A stretch of 64,000 nt of DNA, from IMG/VR virus record IMGVR_UViG_3300013104_000001, positions 124,001 through 188,000 of that record, one strand, 5' to 3'. The position numbers and the translations under genes are program-made. This document shows, in pieces, positions 1 through 9,149 of the stretch. Positions within the stretch are counted from its first letter, which is position 1. Each line of letters begins with the position of its first letter. The notes beneath the pieces are model-generated. The model was not told the DNA's origin and ran no database searches. It saw only the letters and a program-made list of their open reading frames with translations.

Positions 1-1
1 C

Positions 2-1228
2 ACGTGAAACACCTTCCGGTAGTTCAGAGAACTCAGTCATGGTTTCTGCTGCTTTGAGCATTACCTGGATCTGGTAAATGAAATCCTGGGTGTCTGGTGA
101 GATGCGGTCAAACTCAACGTCCTGTGAGCTGATTAATGCATAATCAGGATACAGTTCTTTAAGCTTGATCTGACCATTACGGTTGGTTGGTTTAGCAACA
201 GCATACAGCGCCAGTGACTTAGTCAGCGACGGGAACACTTGCAGTGATGCTTTGATGTGGTCAGCCGGATACCACTTCATGACTTTGGTCGGCATGTCCA
301 GCATCGTTTCAAAGTCGATTACCGGCGAGTTAATGCCAGTCTCGGTGGTTTTGTTAGGAATGCTATAGGACCGCCAGTCTGGTGCAATCACATATTCGAT
401 TGGGTTAAACAGGTCAGGAATCACCAGTGCCCATTCTTCTTCTGTGAACTTTGAGTTAGCCAGAATATCAGCTTTCAGCAGTTCATAGATCGCATCATCG
501 TTATTGCCGTTCTTACCATAACCAACAATGGGGAAGTAACCCAACTGCCAGCGCGACGTGTTTTCTTTATCGTAGATCTTAAACGAGATCTGTCGCACGA
601 AGGTTGGCGGGTTAACACCCATAAGCTTGTTGATGTTGTTTGCTACGTCACCTTTAGTGACACCATCAATAGCTGCTTTTGCTGTTGCGTAGTCTTCATG
701 CAACACGTCGATATTCGACAACGGGACAGGATAGTCCGCAAAGAGTTCATAGCGCGGATAACTAAGCTCAAATGACTCGTCACTCAGCCACACCTTGACA
801 ATATTGTCAGTGGCGTCGGTTCCGATGCTACCAGAAATCCATTCAGGCGCCCAATTTTTACCATCAGTGATCATGTCACCAATAGTCAGGTTAAACCAAC
901 TTGAACTGAAGTCGGCTTTGATCTGTTGCAGTGCAACGGTCTTGTCGTTGGTGAATCGACCATCTACAATACGTGGCAGCATCCAAGCTTGTAGCTTGAG
1001 AATTGCCAACTGGTAGGCGGTCATCTGAGAAGTGCTAATGGGTGCGTTGTTCTCATCTACCGCAGTGAAAGCTAAAAAAGCTGTGCCTGCCTGATCCGTG
1101 TTAGTGTACGTCCCAACTTCCCGTGAGAAAGAGATTGAGAGTTGCGATAATTCGCCAATGGGGTTTGTAACACCTTTCTGGTTGTTATTCAGTGACGGAT
1201 ACACCGAAAACCCTAGAATCGTTTTCAT
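2..1228 (-). CDS. virion structural protein, phiKZ gp157-like (partial, runs off left edge)
   Basis: Missing from the ORF track because its stop lies outside the window. ATG at 1228 (MKTILGFSVYPSLNNNQKGVTNPIGELSQLS...) and the frame reads open to the window edge. Position divergent from RNase H matches the phiKZ-like layout. Confidence 0.7.
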   Translation of the reverse strand, partial: MKTILGFSVYPSLNNNQKGVTNPIGELSQLSISFSREVGTYTNTDQAGTAFLAFTAVDENNAPISTSQMTAYQLAILKLQAWMLPRIVDGRFTNDKTVALQQIKADFSSSWFNLTIGDMITDGKNWAPEWISGSIGTDATDNIVKVWLSDESFELSYPRYELFADYPVPLSNIDVLHEDYATAKAAIDGVTKGDVANNINKLMGVNPPTFVRQISFKIYDKENTSRWQLGYFPIVGYGKNGNNDDAIYELLKADILANSKFTEEEWALVIPDLFNPIEYVIAPDWRSYSIPNKTTETGINSPVIDFETMLDMPTKVMKWYPADHIKASLQVFPSLTKSLALYAVAKPTNRNGQIKLKELYPDYALISSQDVEFDRISPDTQDFIYQIQVMLKAAETMTEFSELPEGVSR

Positions 1229-1306
1229 AGCTCGCCCTTTACATGGGATGGGATTAAATACATAACATTTAACACAGCGATATGAGTGCCTGTAGGGAGA
1301 CCAGAC

Positions 1307-1717
1307 GTGTTATGGTTAAAGCTATTCTTTTGGAGTCTGCCCTTCATTAAGAAACGTTCTAAAACGTTTATGGCCGATGGCGCGACTCGTTACAATGCAT
1401 CGAAAAAAGCACGCGGTTGGTTTTACGCTATTGCGATTGCATTCTTTCTATTCCTTGGGGTTATTACGTGGGGTTATCGTCAGTACGATTTTCTGACAAA
1501 GCAAAACCGCCAGATGACTGTGGAGATATCTCAGCTCAAAGGCCGTATCGATGTTTACCCAACCCTATCTGACACAATTGAGCAAAACCGTCTCCTATTA
1601 TCGCAAAACCGTGATCTTGCTGACGAATTGATTAAAACTCGTCAAAGTAATCGTGAATTGTATTCCGACAACGTAAAACTGCAAGATCAGATCGATAAGT
1701 TGAAACTTAAGAGATAA
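1307..1717 (+). CDS. membrane-anchored coiled-coil protein
   Basis: GTG at 1307 follows AGGGAG. One hydrophobic helix (WFYAIAIAFFLFLGVITWGY) followed by heptad-like coiled coil. Confidence 0.65.
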   Translation: MLWLKLFFWSLPFIKKRSKTFMADGATRYNASKKARGWFYAIAIAFFLFLGVITWGYRQYDFLTKQNRQMTVEISQLKGRIDVYPTLSDTIEQNRLLLSQNRDLADELIKTRQSNRELYSDNVKLQDQIDKLKLKR

Positions 1718-1728
1718 CGCCCGTTTTG

Positions 1729-1757
1729 GTAATTTATTACGTGGTTGATCAATTATA
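1729..1757 (+). promoter_or_regulatory. putative middle promoter (GTA-N6-TAC element)
   Basis: GTAATTTATTAC upstream of RNase H; the same motif recurs at 4542, 34653, 49864, 56609, 57624 and 61526. Confidence 0.45.
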
Positions 1758-1785
1758 AGAGAGATATTGTTTATTCGAGGGCGTT

Positions 1786-3306
1786 ATGGATAAGTTACCT
1801 ACTACTTCGCTGCCAAAGGTATCGATGGTTCTTTATACCGATGGTGGATGTCGTCAGAAGGTCGGCGGATGGGGTATTCACGGATACACCTGGTTGCTGG
1901 AAGATGATGACAAAAAGAAAAAGAAGAAGCCGGCACGTGACGTCCCGTCGACGACTGGCTATATCGTAAAGGATGACCCTAAGCTTGAGCAGCGTGAAGT
2001 GGTTCGCCCATATCAGGTTATCGAAGGCTTTGGTGGCATCTTGCCCGATACGACCAATAACGTTGCTGAACTCCGGGCAACGATTAATGGCATTGACTTA
2101 GCACTACAGCACAACACAGATAAGATCCTCGTTATTTCTGACTCTGAATATGTCGGTAAGAATATCCGGGGTTCGCTCCACCGTTGGCAAGCTAATGGCT
2201 GGAAGAAAGCAGATGGCGGGGAAGTAGCAAACCGTGGTCTATGGGAGACCATGATTGTCAAACTTAACGAACTGAAGTACCGGGGTATCAAGTTTGATAT
2301 CGAATGGCTGAAAGGTCATGCCGGTCATCGTGGTAATCAGTTCGCTGACTATATGGCAACACGCGGTGTGTTTAAAGGCCGTGCTGGGGATGACAAGGAT
2401 TACATCCAAACCCAGGATGCTGCTGAGTACGAAAAGTATAAAACAGAGCGCCCTCGTTTTGTTACCCATTCGCGTTGGTACTTCACGCTTCAAGATGAGA
2501 AGCTGATGAACAAGAATGATCAGGGTTTCTACGAGTATTGTTTCGGACATCCGAGCAAAGGCGATTCTGATCAGGTTTATCTCGGGAAGGCATTGGCCGA
2601 TACTGCGTTCAGCGTTGTTTGGCTGAAGGCTCCTGAGGAGTGTTTGGATTTAGTCTACACCCGCACCAAGGAAATTTCGACCAACGTTTACGGTAACGCA
2701 TTCATTGGTCGATTGGATAACATTTACAACCCATTCATTCATAAAGAGATCATGGACTATGGTGCGTCTTTGTTGCAGCGTGCAAACAGCTACAACAACG
2801 ATATCACTAACTGTACCGATGCTCTTGTGGTACGTGAATGTAATCCGCCTGGGATCTCTTACCGCGCACTGACTAACTTAGGGTATATGTCACGGACTCT
2901 GAGTGGTTATGTTACGGGCGATCTGCCACCTGATGTTCAGGTGATTGATGTCACGGACAGTATCTATCAGACTGTTGCCGGTAAGAAATCTGAAAAGTTG
3001 GCGTTGGTAGATAGCATTACTCAAATCGCCAAGGCCATCAAGGTCAGTGTACCGTGTAAAGATCTCCTCGATAAAGATGTATCCGTGGATGTGACGTGCA
3101 CACTTGGGTTGAGCATGCCTAACCGCAATACATTAAACGGTATTACGGAACTTAACCCGAAGGTATACCTGTACCTGATCAAGGAGTCCGACATTGCGTT
3201 CCGCTATGGATCGATCGTGGAGTGTGATGAAGGGTACTGCATCATGGCTAATGTCTACGCTGACTTACGTACGTTATCAAAGAAGGACCTTGAGCGTTGT
3301 AGTTAG
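1786..3306 (+). CDS. rnhA: ribonuclease HI with long C-terminal extension (phiKZ gp155-like)
   Basis: RNase HI motifs YTDGG, TNNVAEL, ISDSEY, WQANGWK, WLKGHAGHRGNQFAD. Confidence 0.92.
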   Translation: MDKLPTTSLPKVSMVLYTDGGCRQKVGGWGIHGYTWLLEDDDKKKKKKPARDVPSTTGYIVKDDPKLEQREVVRPYQVIEGFGGILPDTTNNVAELRATINGIDLALQHNTDKILVISDSEYVGKNIRGSLHRWQANGWKKADGGEVANRGLWETMIVKLNELKYRGIKFDIEWLKGHAGHRGNQFADYMATRGVFKGRAGDDKDYIQTQDAAEYEKYKTERPRFVTHSRWYFTLQDEKLMNKNDQGFYEYCFGHPSKGDSDQVYLGKALADTAFSVVWLKAPEECLDLVYTRTKEISTNVYGNAFIGRLDNIYNPFIHKEIMDYGASLLQRANSYNNDITNCTDALVVRECNPPGISYRALTNLGYMSRTLSGYVTGDLPPDVQVIDVTDSIYQTVAGKKSEKLALVDSITQIAKAIKVSVPCKDLLDKDVSVDVTCTLGLSMPNRNTLNGITELNPKVYLYLIKESDIAFRYGSIVECDEGYCIMANVYADLRTLSKKDLERCS

Positions 3307-3318
3307 CAGGAGTCTAAT

Positions 3319-3675
3319 GTGACAACATTATTTGCCGGTGCGCCTACAAAGCTCCCTATGATGGACCTATCCGCGCTCATCGACCCTGACCGGGATGTTG
3401 AGTCGCGGATGAAACGGAAACTGTTGTTGACTTTCGTTTGTCACCGCCGTAAACCTCGTGCCAGTGCCGATGAACTTAATCGGCTCTATCATCTTGATGA
3501 GGATTCAGGTGATGTTGAGCAATGTCTCGATTATATTGCTCGTATGGGTCCAGAGTTTGAAGGAGCTTATGAAGGCGTGGACTTTAACGACGTCATGGAT
3601 GTCATGAACCATACGCCACGATGGCTACGTTATGGTTCGACCATTGAGATGTGGTCAGATCTAAAGCAGTTGTAG
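3319..3675 (+). CDS. hypothetical protein
   Basis: GTG start with AGGAG RBS; ends at a hairpin. Confidence 0.7.
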   Translation: MTTLFAGAPTKLPMMDLSALIDPDRDVESRMKRKLLLTFVCHRRKPRASADELNRLYHLDEDSGDVEQCLDYIARMGPEFEGAYEGVDFNDVMDVMNHTPRWLRYGSTIEMWSDLKQL

Positions 3676-3714
3676 GGCATAAGAGGAGGGCGAAAGCCCT
3701 CCTCTATTTATGCT
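3676..3714. terminator. bidirectional hairpin with GCATA/TATGC flanks
   Basis: GGCATA-AGAGGAGGGC-GAAA-GCCCTCCTCT-ATT-TATGCT between convergent genes. Confidence 0.8.
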
Positions 3715-3723
3715 CGTTTTTTT

Positions 3724-4521
3724 TTATTTCAGATCTTTCGCCAACTTTTCAGCTGAGTTCGTAAGTGCAGTACCAGTCGCAATGAATAGTGTATTGCATA
3801 CGCTATACAGATCAATGGCACGTGCCGTATCCAGCATGACTTTCGCCAGCAGATCAACATCGGACTTGGTGACTGTAATATCGCCTGACTCAATTTGCGC
3901 ATAGATAACGTCCGTGAGGTCGGCGACACGTTTAACTGAAGCGTTCATGTCACGCACATTTCCGCGCTTGATTGAGCCTACCAGTTTATTGAAGTCATCG
4001 TACGCCGTGATGAATTCAGTCATGTTAGCGAAGCGAGAAGCAAACGAGGCATTGGTGACGTCTTTACCGCCTAAGCTTTTACCCAGTACCGACTCAACTT
4101 TACCCAGCACCATCTTATCAATGCCTGGTGCATAGGCAACGCTTGCTTTACCGGCAGCGACTTGACCTAACCAGCTTTGCAGCTTATTCAGATGATCAGT
4201 CTCTACGAACAGGCAGAAATTACGTACTGTCTGCAGGTTACCGATCCACTCCTTATAAGAGATGTTCAGACGGGCAGGCTGGAACACTTGCAGATCCATG
4301 AAGTCAGTGTAGTTGTGTGTCTTCACGGCTTTTGCAACCGGTGAGAAATCGGCATACACCATCGCGGAGGAGGTGTCATAGATTTTGTCACTGAAGAACT
4401 TCTTTAAACCATCAGAGAAGCTACGAAAGGTGGCAATAAGGTCTAGGCCTTCTAAGCCTGTACCAGTCGACTCACGCAGTCCACGGTAATCGGCTTCTAG
4501 GTTATCAATGTTGTACGACAT
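3724..4521 (-). CDS. virion head protein (phiKZ gp153-like) with N-terminal G-L-E propeptide motif
   Basis: Reverse-strand gene between RNase H and uvsX, as in phiKZ-like phages; TGLEG at residues 21-25. Confidence 0.65.
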   Translation of the reverse strand: MSYNIDNLEADYRGLRESTGTGLEGLDLIATFRSFSDGLKKFFSDKIYDTSSAMVYADFSPVAKAVKTHNYTDFMDLQVFQPARLNISYKEWIGNLQTVRNFCLFVETDHLNKLQSWLGQVAAGKASVAYAPGIDKMVLGKVESVLGKSLGGKDVTNASFASRFANMTEFITAYDDFNKLVGSIKRGNVRDMNASVKRVADLTDVIYAQIESGDITVTKSDVDLLAKVMLDTARAIDLYSVCNTLFIATGTALTNSAEKLAKDLK

Positions 4522-4541
4522 ATGTACTCCGTGAGGGAAAA

Positions 4542-4571
4542 GTAATCTGTTACATAAGATGACTTATTATG
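4542..4571 (+). promoter_or_regulatory. putative middle promoter for uvsX
   Basis: GTAATCTGTTAC-ATAAGATGAC followed by TATG at 4568. Confidence 0.5.
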
Positions 4572-4603
4572 AAGGTATTATTAATTAAAAAGGACCACAC
4601 ACA

Positions 4604-5995
4604 ATGTCAATCTTGTCATTCGGCGAGTATGTTGAGAAGTCACGCCCTATTCGTCCGTTTCTGAATATTGGCGCTGGCTTTGACATACCAACCGGAAGCT
4701 ACCGTTTAGGTAAGCACGGTGAATCTATTCTTAATGGTGGTCTTGCTCCCTTTATTGCTATCGTGGGTAAAGGCAACACCTTTAAGACAGCGATCGGTTG
4801 TTTTATGCTAACCCGCGTACTGGAGCGCTACAATAACTCTAACGCCCTGCACTACGACACCGAGTGTACTTTCAGTCCTGAGCGTTTAATCAGTCTGACC
4901 AACCGCCTGGGTCCTGACGCAGCGCTGGAGTGGTTAGAGAACGAACGTGTGTATCTGACCGATGACTCTGTCATTAAAGGTAACCAGTGGTTTAAAAACT
5001 CTGTTCAACTTTATGCAGAAGCGAAAGGTAAAGGTAAGACCGGTACCCTGCCGTTTGTTGATAAAGACGGCAATCTGATCAAGCACCCATACCCAACCGT
5101 CAACTTCGGCGACTCCATGTCTGAGATGAAATTCAACGACCTGGAAAAGAACTACGCCAAGATGGAGATCGGCCAGGGTGAAATGCAGACCGAAGCCATG
5201 CGTGTGTCAAACGCCAAACGCATGTTAATCGAGAAGACACAAGGTTACGCCAACGCCGGTGGCCTGTATGTGATCATGACTGCGCACTTGGGCAAAGAAC
5301 TCAACCTTGATGGTAAACCACAAGAGAAGAAAACCACCTTCATGAAACAAGGTGACAAGATCTCTAAGGTACCTTCACAGATTCTGTCTCTGCCAAACAA
5401 CGTCTGGGAAATCTCAACCGGTACACAGCTCATTGATAAGAACACCAAAGAGTGGATGTATCCAAAAGCAGGTCGTGATGATGTGGATACCAACGGTAAC
5501 CCAGATCTGATCACCCTGGTTGCGAAGAACCTGCGCGGTAAGAACGGTCCTTCTGGTGTGCCGTGGGAATTTGTGATGTCTCAGTCTGAAGGCCTGCTGC
5601 CACATCTGACCGAGTTCCATTACATCAAGAACGCCGGTCGTTATGGTCTGGGTGGTAATGACCGTAATTACTATGTTGAGTTATGCCCTGATGTGAAACT
5701 GCAGCGTACGCAGGTCCGTGGTAAGATCGATGAAACACCAGAGCTGCAACGCGCCCTGGAGATCACCATGGAAATGTGTCAGATGCGTTTCCTCTGGCAT
5801 ACCCGCGATCCGAAGTACAACATGACTCCAGAAGAACTGCGTGTTGGCCTGGAGAAGAAAGGGTACAAATGGGAGCAGTTACTTAACACCCGTGGGTTCT
5901 GGACTTATGAAGAAGATAATCATCCATTACCATTCTTAAGCACAATGGACTTACTCCGCATGTATCATGATGAGTACCGCCCATACTGGCTGTAA
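4604..5995 (+). CDS. uvsX: UvsX/RecA-like recombinase (phiKZ gp152-like)
   Basis: P-loop GKGNTFKT, YDTE, GDSMS, IMTAHL, KNLRGKNGPSG; size and synteny fit. Confidence 0.88.
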   Translation: MSILSFGEYVEKSRPIRPFLNIGAGFDIPTGSYRLGKHGESILNGGLAPFIAIVGKGNTFKTAIGCFMLTRVLERYNNSNALHYDTECTFSPERLISLTNRLGPDAALEWLENERVYLTDDSVIKGNQWFKNSVQLYAEAKGKGKTGTLPFVDKDGNLIKHPYPTVNFGDSMSEMKFNDLEKNYAKMEIGQGEMQTEAMRVSNAKRMLIEKTQGYANAGGLYVIMTAHLGKELNLDGKPQEKKTTFMKQGDKISKVPSQILSLPNNVWEISTGTQLIDKNTKEWMYPKAGRDDVDTNGNPDLITLVAKNLRGKNGPSGVPWEFVMSQSEGLLPHLTEFHYIKNAGRYGLGGNDRNYYVELCPDVKLQRTQVRGKIDETPELQRALEITMEMCQMRFLWHTRDPKYNMTPEELRVGLEKKGYKWEQLLNTRGFWTYEEDNHPLPFLSTMDLLRMYHDEYRPYWL

Positions 5996-6009
5996 GTGTA
6001 CCCAAATGC

Positions 6010-6038
6010 AGGAGGGGTTTCCCCTCCTCTTTATACCG
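6010..6038 (+). terminator. hairpin with TATACCG tail
   Basis: AGGAGGGG-TTT-CCCCTCCT-CTT-TATACCG just after uvsX. Confidence 0.7.
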
Positions 6039-6072
6039 TCAGTAGAGGGAACTAAGCGAATAGGAAAGCAGT

Positions 6073-6492
6073 ATGCTTAATAAAGAAATACGCATTGTCG
6101 TAGCGTCTGTACGAGGCTTCGCAGATGTTGAGCGTTTAAAACTGACTATTGACGGTCTCCTCAAGGATATTTACGAGATGAACGAAGGTCTCGATGATGA
6201 GGATGATGAACTGATTACTGACAAGAAGATCGTGTTTATGATCAATGGCGAGGGGAGAACCGCTGCGGATATTCTGCCAGCGCTTGCCATGGAGCGTAAC
6301 ATCGAAGTGGAAGTACTCAAAGTCGATTGGTCAAAAGGTAAGAAAGCCTTTTTTGATAACTGTGCCGTTTTAGGCTCAAAGTCAACACACGCTATTATTT
6401 TCACGGACAGCAAAGATGACGGGATGCAGACACTGATTAAATCATGTCTCGACGCCGGGTCTCGTGTTCGTAGTTATAGCGCCTCTATCTAA
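6073..6492 (+). CDS. degenerate SLOG (YspA/DUF2493-like) domain protein
   Basis: RIVVASVRGF..., NGEGRTAAD, VDWSKGKKAFFDN, THAIIFTDSKDDG are colinear with YspA-like motifs and with the C-terminal half of 7306..8181. Confidence 0.6.
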   Translation: MLNKEIRIVVASVRGFADVERLKLTIDGLLKDIYEMNEGLDDEDDELITDKKIVFMINGEGRTAADILPALAMERNIEVEVLKVDWSKGKKAFFDNCAVLGSKSTHAIIFTDSKDDGMQTLIKSCLDAGSRVRSYSASI

Positions 6493-6501
6493 GGTGTAAT
6501 C

Positions 6502-6945
6502 ATGATAGCCTCTGAAGCCAACGTCGGTATACTTGATATTAATGTCACCCACGTCATATGCACAGTTAATTGCGAAGGGCATATGGGTCGTGGCATCGCC
6601 TTGTATCTACGTAAATGTATTCCGGGGCTATACGATCGTTATAACGAACTTTGCAAACTTAAGCTGTTAACGGTGGATAAACTTTGGATCTACCGTTCGG
6701 CACCAAAACAGATCCTCTGCTTTCCAACGAAAGACAAGACCTGGGAAGACAGTCGTATCGAATGGATCGAGGCTAATCTGATTAAGCTTCGAAACACGTA
6801 TAAAGAGAAAGGCATTCGCTCTGTGGCAATGCCTCCTCTGGGGTGTGGAAACGGTAACTTAAAATGGGATGAGGTGCGAAGCCTCATTTATGCCATCTTG
6901 GGCGATTGTGACCTGGAAGTCCACATTTGTTTAGGTAGAAAGTAA
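6502..6945 (+). CDS. macrodomain ADP-ribosylhydrolase, DarG/Poa1p-like
   Basis: TVNCEGHMGRGIA, LCFPTK, SVAMPPLGCGNGNLKW closely match DarG-type macrodomain motifs. Confidence 0.9.
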   Translation: MIASEANVGILDINVTHVICTVNCEGHMGRGIALYLRKCIPGLYDRYNELCKLKLLTVDKLWIYRSAPKQILCFPTKDKTWEDSRIEWIEANLIKLRNTYKEKGIRSVAMPPLGCGNGNLKWDEVRSLIYAILGDCDLEVHICLGRK

Positions 6946-6959
6946 ATGAGGGAATTATC

Positions 6960-7313
6960 ATGAATACACTGGTTTTCTTGTATGTACTGGGCAGTATTTA
7001 TACAGTCGATGTCAAACCGATGCCTGATTACAAAACCTGTCGTGCCGCACAAGCTGTACTCGAAAAGGCTACGGCTGAGCAGAAATATAACGACGGACCT
7101 AATAAGACCGAGTGTTATATCGTCGATGAGAGTAAAGGCGGGTTTGTTGTCATTAGTGGTCGTGATCTTGAATTGCAGCGTCAGAGTGCCGAACTCGATC
7201 GATTGTCACGTGAGACTACAGTTAAGCTTACTCATCAGGTTGAAGTAAACGATCCTTCTAAGTCGGTCAAGTTACAACAGTTCTTGAAAGACCAGGAGAA
7301 CGCACATGAGTGA
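6960..7313 (+). CDS. hypothetical protein, hydrophobic N-terminus and a Cys pair
   Basis: GAGGG RBS; overlaps the next gene by 8 nt. Confidence 0.7.
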   Translation: MNTLVFLYVLGSIYTVDVKPMPDYKTCRAAQAVLEKATAEQKYNDGPNKTECYIVDESKGGFVVISGRDLELQRQSAELDRLSRETTVKLTHQVEVNDPSKSVKLQQFLKDQENAHE

Positions 7314-8181
7314 TGCTCGCGTAGTACCCGATCCGGCCAAGGACGGGGTTACCCACATCAACATTTATACCAAGGGGATGACTTGGCTTGGACAGCAGTT
7401 ATCCAACATGTCGTACTACAGCTTCGCCCATCCTAAACACGGGGTGTTCGGATCACTGGAGGCGTATTGGTATTGGTTAGCAACTGGTCAGCAGCACGAA
7501 GAACTCCGTAACCTGGCAGGTTTTAAAGCAAAGCTTGTTGGTAAACAGTTTGAACGTGTACCGGTGGATAACTTTGAAGAGCAGTTCAAGTTCGCCATGC
7601 AATTACGTTTAGAACAGAACCCGATCATTGCCAAAGCGCTGTCTGAATCACTGCTGCCGTTTGAGCACTATTTCTACTATAGTGGGAAAGTGGTCGATCA
7701 GTCAGATGCACATCGTTGGCAGCTCGACTTCTATGAACAATGGCGTAAAGATCATCCTGTTGAAGATCCATCGATTGCGCTTCTTATTTCCGGTTCTCGT
7801 AAAGAGAAGAACTACGAAAGCTTTAAGAAGATCGTAATGGATTACTTAGCGCCTTATCGTGAAAAGATTAAGGACAGCTACAAGATCGGGATTATCTCAG
7901 GGTTGGCGTGGGAAGGTCCAGATGACATGGCGATTCGTTTATGCCGTGAGGAAGGCTTCATGCTGATCGGTGTGCCAGCTAAATGGAATGAGCAAGGCAA
8001 GGCAGCGGGGATGATCCGTAATGGCGTGATGGGGCGCTTATGCACTCAGGCGTTGGTCTTCTGGGATGGTGAGTCACCAGGGACAAAAGGCCAGATTGAC
8101 TATTTGAAGAAAAATAATATAGACCATCTGGTTTATATTCACGGGCAACACGATCCCGAGTGGAAATCATCGGAACAATGA
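7306..8181 (+). CDS. NADAR-like domain fused to SLOG (YspA/DUF2493) domain
   Basis: N-half: LSNM..F..HGVFGSLEAYW, AKLVGK, AMQLRLEQNP (NADAR-like). C-half: ISGSR, IISGLA.EGPD, AKWNEQGKAAGMIRN, VFWDGESPGTK (YspA SLOG). Confidence 0.75.
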   Translation: MSDARVVPDPAKDGVTHINIYTKGMTWLGQQLSNMSYYSFAHPKHGVFGSLEAYWYWLATGQQHEELRNLAGFKAKLVGKQFERVPVDNFEEQFKFAMQLRLEQNPIIAKALSESLLPFEHYFYYSGKVVDQSDAHRWQLDFYEQWRKDHPVEDPSIALLISGSRKEKNYESFKKIVMDYLAPYREKIKDSYKIGIISGLAWEGPDDMAIRLCREEGFMLIGVPAKWNEQGKAAGMIRNGVMGRLCTQALVFWDGESPGTKGQIDYLKKNNIDHLVYIHGQHDPEWKSSEQ

Positions 8182-8193
8182 GAGGGAGTCATC

Positions 8194-8478
8194 ATGTCAA
8201 CATTGCAGCTCGCGGTTAATAGCGAATACTTTGATGCCATGAAAGATGGGTCAAAACCGGAAGAGTATCGTTTGGTTAATAACTACTGGACCAAGCGTTT
8301 ACTTAACCGGGATTACGATCGTCTGGTGATTACCAAAGGTTATCCAAATCGCGCCGATACATCACGGCGCATTGAGGTGCCTTATAATGGCTATCAAATA
8401 AAAACCATTACTCATCCTCACTTCGGTGATCAGCCCGTGAATGTTTTCGCCATTAAAGTAAATCTGGAGAAACCATGA
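8194..8478 (+). CDS. ASCH domain protein
   Basis: LQLAVNSEYFDAMKDGSKPEEYR is the ASCH G-x-K-x-x-E-x-R signature; TKGYP. Confidence 0.85.
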   Translation: MSTLQLAVNSEYFDAMKDGSKPEEYRLVNNYWTKRLLNRDYDRLVITKGYPNRADTSRRIEVPYNGYQIKTITHPHFGDQPVNVFAIKVNLEKP

Positions 8479-9149
8479 ACGCAGCACGCCAGCAAGTCCA
8501 GGAGTTCATCCTGACTTCTATTGATGAAATCATGCCCGGTTCTAAAAACCGGGATATTTACGTAGACTTCTTTGCCCGTCAATCCGACGAGGCATTTGAA
8601 GCACTGATGCAGCGCATGGAAGAGGATGAAGAGATCTTTCCGTTCTACCATCCTAATTTCACCGGGAAGGTGATCGATGTGGAGCGTGTGATTGGGTTGA
8701 TTGAGAAACACGGCGATACCATTATGGAACAGCTGTATGACATCGATCCAGAAACCGGTCTACAGTATCTGACACCACTTAAGTATCCGGTGCTGTTATT
8801 GCCACTGCGTATTCAGCAGCAGAAGCTGCAGAAGAAAATGTCAGTGCCAAAAGACAACAATCACATCGATGACCTGACCAACCAGCCAACGACCGAATCC
8901 AAGGGCGCATCACTCTCATACCCAGAAGTACAGATCCTGTATGCAATGGGCGGTGATAAGATCCTGGAAGAGACCATGAAGGTTCGTGGTGGCGATGAGA
9001 AAGCTTTCCGTGATTATAACAATGCCATTATTGCAGACGGCGGCGTGACCATCGGAGCGATCAGTTCAAGTAAAACCAAAGTTAAATCGACTCTGACGGT
9101 ACAGACTATTCTAGAGGCGATGCACTTGAGCAACAACCTGGCTAAATAA
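8475..9149 (+). CDS. virion RNA polymerase beta subunit, C-terminal fragment (phiKZ gp149-like)
   Basis: RIQQQKLQKKMS, IDDLTNQPT.ESKGASLSYPE, ETMKVRGGD correspond to the RpoB C-terminus. Confidence 0.85.
   Translation: MNAARQQVQEFILTSIDEIMPGSKNRDIYVDFFARQSDEAFEALMQRMEEDEEIFPFYHPNFTGKVIDVERVIGLIEKHGDTIMEQLYDIDPETGLQYLTPLKYPVLLLPLRIQQQKLQKKMSVPKDNNHIDDLTNQPTTESKGASLSYPEVQILYAMGGDKILEETMKVRGGDEKAFRDYNNAIIADGGVTIGAISSSKTKVKSTLTVQTILEAMHLSNNLAK

Noticed and set aside
183-1016. Short plus-strand ORFs at the left edge
   Set aside because: They lie antisense to the long minus-strand frame that starts at 1228.
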